From assembly GCA_903847415.1 (NCBI GenBank), contig CAINDR010000054.1, forward strand, positions 1 to 59,825: a stretch of 59,825 bases of DNA. The letters are read 5' to 3'. Source of the DNA: Candidatus Falkowbacteria bacterium. Lineage in GTDB: Bacteria; Patescibacteriota; Patescibacteriia; Patescibacteriales; UBA12465. A program made the position numbers and the translations under genes. This document shows, piece after piece, positions 57,999 through 59,825 of the stretch; position 1 is the first letter of the stretch; each line of letters begins with the position of its first letter. A model generated the notes under the pieces. The model made no database searches. It had not been told where the DNA came from and saw only the letters and a program-made list of their open reading frames with translations.

Positions 57999-58237
57999 TT
58001 TGCTTGGTTTATCTTACGTGTAGCGAAAATAAAAGACATCTGAAAAGATTTAATTCCTTAAGACCTAACTAGTTTTAAGGAATTTTTAATTTAAAGATTT
58101 AGTATCCAAAAAGCTAGCTAATTAACTAAAATTTAAAAATTCTAATCTCAAAATTTTATTAGTGCACATAAAGATGATATAATATTTTTAAATCTTATTT
58201 GTATTAAAAAATCTAATCACAAAATATTAATAACCTT

Positions 58238-59467
58238 ATGAAGATGAGAAATATTTACGCTGGAAGTTGGGTGCCGCGCACCGCTCTACACGTAGAAGAA
58301 TTTTACAATTTTTTGGCTTCAGGTAAAAGTCACTTAAATCTTGATGAAAAAAAACTAACTAATTTGAGAAAAAATCTAAAAGTTAGCAATTTGACCATGC
58401 TTGAAGATGGATCGGGGATATCAGCGCGACTTGGCGAGCTAGATTTCAACTATCAGGATGATGGATTAATTATTTTTAATAAGAGAGTTGAGATTTTAAA
58501 TAAAGATATTATTGATCTTGGAAATTTTTCAATAAAAAAATTATTTCCAGCTTTTTCTTATCTTTATAGCTTAGGATCACCAATGCCTAAGATTTTTACA
58601 GCCATATTTTCAGTAATGCCTTTTATTATTACTGTTGACTCGGGAAGCGATTCTGAAATTAGAAAGATTTTTTCTAATTCAAACAAAGAAATAAAAAAGG
58701 TTGTTACTGATGGCGATTCAAAATTATATTTTAGTGATGAACTTCTAGTGATAAGTTCTCCAAAAGATGACCTAGAGCTCATTAAGAGTTTAATATTTAT
58801 TGAAGATTGCCGTAGTCAGTTTAATAAAATTCTCAATCTTCATCGCTTTATTTGGGAAGAAGTCGATAAGATTAAAGAAATGAACCGTCTGCCTTATAAC
58901 AAGTTATCTACTATTAGAGACTCTCTAACCGAACTTGATAATGAAGTGGTGTTTCTATCTTCACGTTTAAATCAGACCATCCTCTTGTTGTCTGGCTTCG
59001 ATTCTGAATACAGTTCCCTGTCTTTCAAAAAATATCTCACTGGCAACATATCTTCTTTAGAAAAAACCGGCAATTATTTATCTGATTTATGGCACATGAC
59101 TGAAAGTCGAGTAAAATCTGCTCAAGATTTAATTGCATCTCTTTATCAAGAAAGCACCCAGAAACAATTAAACATCTTGCAGATCATTTTCATTATTAGT
59201 GCCATGGCTTCAATAATCGCCTTAGGCTCTATTTATGGCTTTGAGTTTAAGGCTTATGACTTGTCTGGACAGATGACCTATTATGGGAGCACCAAATCAT
59301 TTGCGCTCTTTGATTTATTGCGTTTCGGGTTATCCGCCTTGTTCTCTGGAATAGCTGTGTATTTAATCTTTTTCTTTGTCTATAATAAAGTTTCATATTC
59401 GAAGATAACAAATAATAAAAGTTTACAAAACCAAGAATTAGAAAATATCAAAAAAATGTTTCGCTAA
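58238..59467 (+). CDS. hypothetical protein with helical domain and two C-terminal TMs (CorA-like topology)
   Basis: 409-aa ORF; topology inferred from hydrophobicity only. Confidence 0.6.
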   Translation: MKMRNIYAGSWVPRTALHVEEFYNFLASGKSHLNLDEKKLTNLRKNLKVSNLTMLEDGSGISARLGELDFNYQDDGLIIFNKRVEILNKDIIDLGNFSIKKLFPAFSYLYSLGSPMPKIFTAIFSVMPFIITVDSGSDSEIRKIFSNSNKEIKKVVTDGDSKLYFSDELLVISSPKDDLELIKSLIFIEDCRSQFNKILNLHRFIWEEVDKIKEMNRLPYNKLSTIRDSLTELDNEVVFLSSRLNQTILLLSGFDSEYSSLSFKKYLTGNISSLEKTGNYLSDLWHMTESRVKSAQDLIASLYQESTQKQLNILQIIFIISAMASIIALGSIYGFEFKAYDLSGQMTYYGSTKSFALFDLLRFGLSALFSGIAVYLIFFFVYNKVSYSKITNNKSLQNQELENIKKMFR

Positions 59468-59469
59468 TC

Positions 59470-59500
59470 AAAAGGAAGTCCCTCAAGACTTCCTTTTTTT
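59470..59500 (+). terminator. intrinsic terminator
   Basis: AAAGGAAGTC-cctcaa-GACTTCCTTTTTTT. Confidence 0.8.
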
Positions 59501-59705
59501 ATTTCCCAAAAATCATCACCATTTCTTCCCTCGCCTTTTCCCAGTTTTGGGTTCTGAATTCTTATACAAAAAAGGAGGGGTATCGATATAAAAACGAGCA
59601 GAAATGCCCGTTTTTGTTATGTAAAATCAGTTCAAAAATAAGGCTATATTTTTACATTTTTAGCAAACACCTTAATTTTATTGGCTCAAAAAAGTTCGAA
59701 TCCTT

Positions 59706-59730
59706 TGAACTGTACCCCAAAAAGTGGACA
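59706..59730 (+). mobile_element. possible IS3-family terminal inverted repeat
   Basis: TGAACTGTACCCCAAAAAGTGGACA resembles IS3/IS150-group ends; no transposase is visible in the window. Confidence 0.4.
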
Positions 59731-59795
59731 CGCAAGTGTCTGCTTTTTTTGTGGGCAAAATAAGATATAATAAATAACAAACTAAGATAAATAAT

Positions 59796-59825
59796 ATGAG
59801 TAACAGGAGATGGACCGATGTCCAA
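59796..59825 (+). CDS. start of an ORF running off the window (MSNRRWTDVQ)
   Basis: ATG downstream of a TATAAT; only 10 codons visible. Confidence 0.4.
   Translation, partial: MSNRRWTDVQ

Noticed and set aside
208..58782. Short ORF-track entries overlapping longer genes (e.g. 208-543, 34119-34511, 45638-46084, 56921-57137)
   Set aside because: They are antisense or alternate-frame shadows of well-supported genes or RNAs and have no recognisable motifs.
59694..59703. GTTCGAATCC as part of a second tRNA
   Set aside because: No T-stem, acceptor stem or upstream cloverleaf can be formed.
1..59825. CRISPR array or rRNA genes
   Set aside because: I saw no regularly spaced repeats with unique spacers and no rRNA-like sequence.

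Overview
AT-rich bacterial chromosome segment using genetic code 11 (TGA serves as stop). Gene content and protein style suggest Patescibacteria/CPR (Parcubacteria/ABY1-like); this is an inference. Core genes: a 5'-truncated VirD4/TraD-like ATPase, dnaX, serS, alr, ftsQ, a Xer-type recombinase, an M23 peptidase, gltX, rplJ-rplL with an L10 leader, uvrA/B/C, and several transporters. A surface-glycan cluster contains a TagA-NUDIX fusion, two GT4s, Wzz, an O-antigen ligase and DUF4012. Highlights: (1) tRNA-Asn(GTT) split within the anticodon by a 550-nt group I intron carrying an HNH homing endonuclease with its own promoter, followed by a duplicated tRNA 3' end that alone carries CCA; (2) a three-gene island of Bacteroidota-like envelope proteins inside the glycan cluster, bracketed by two inward-facing copies of an unrecognised bipartite structured motif; (3) a dif-like inverted repeat over the xer promoter, near a switch in gene orientation; (4) coordinated domain loss in UvrA, UvrB and UvrC; (5) an ECF-type promoter, leader peptide, attenuator and out-of-frame poly-A tract upstream of an MFS gene; (6) a tandem-repeat gene broken by one premature TAA. 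All calls were made by eye, without database searches.
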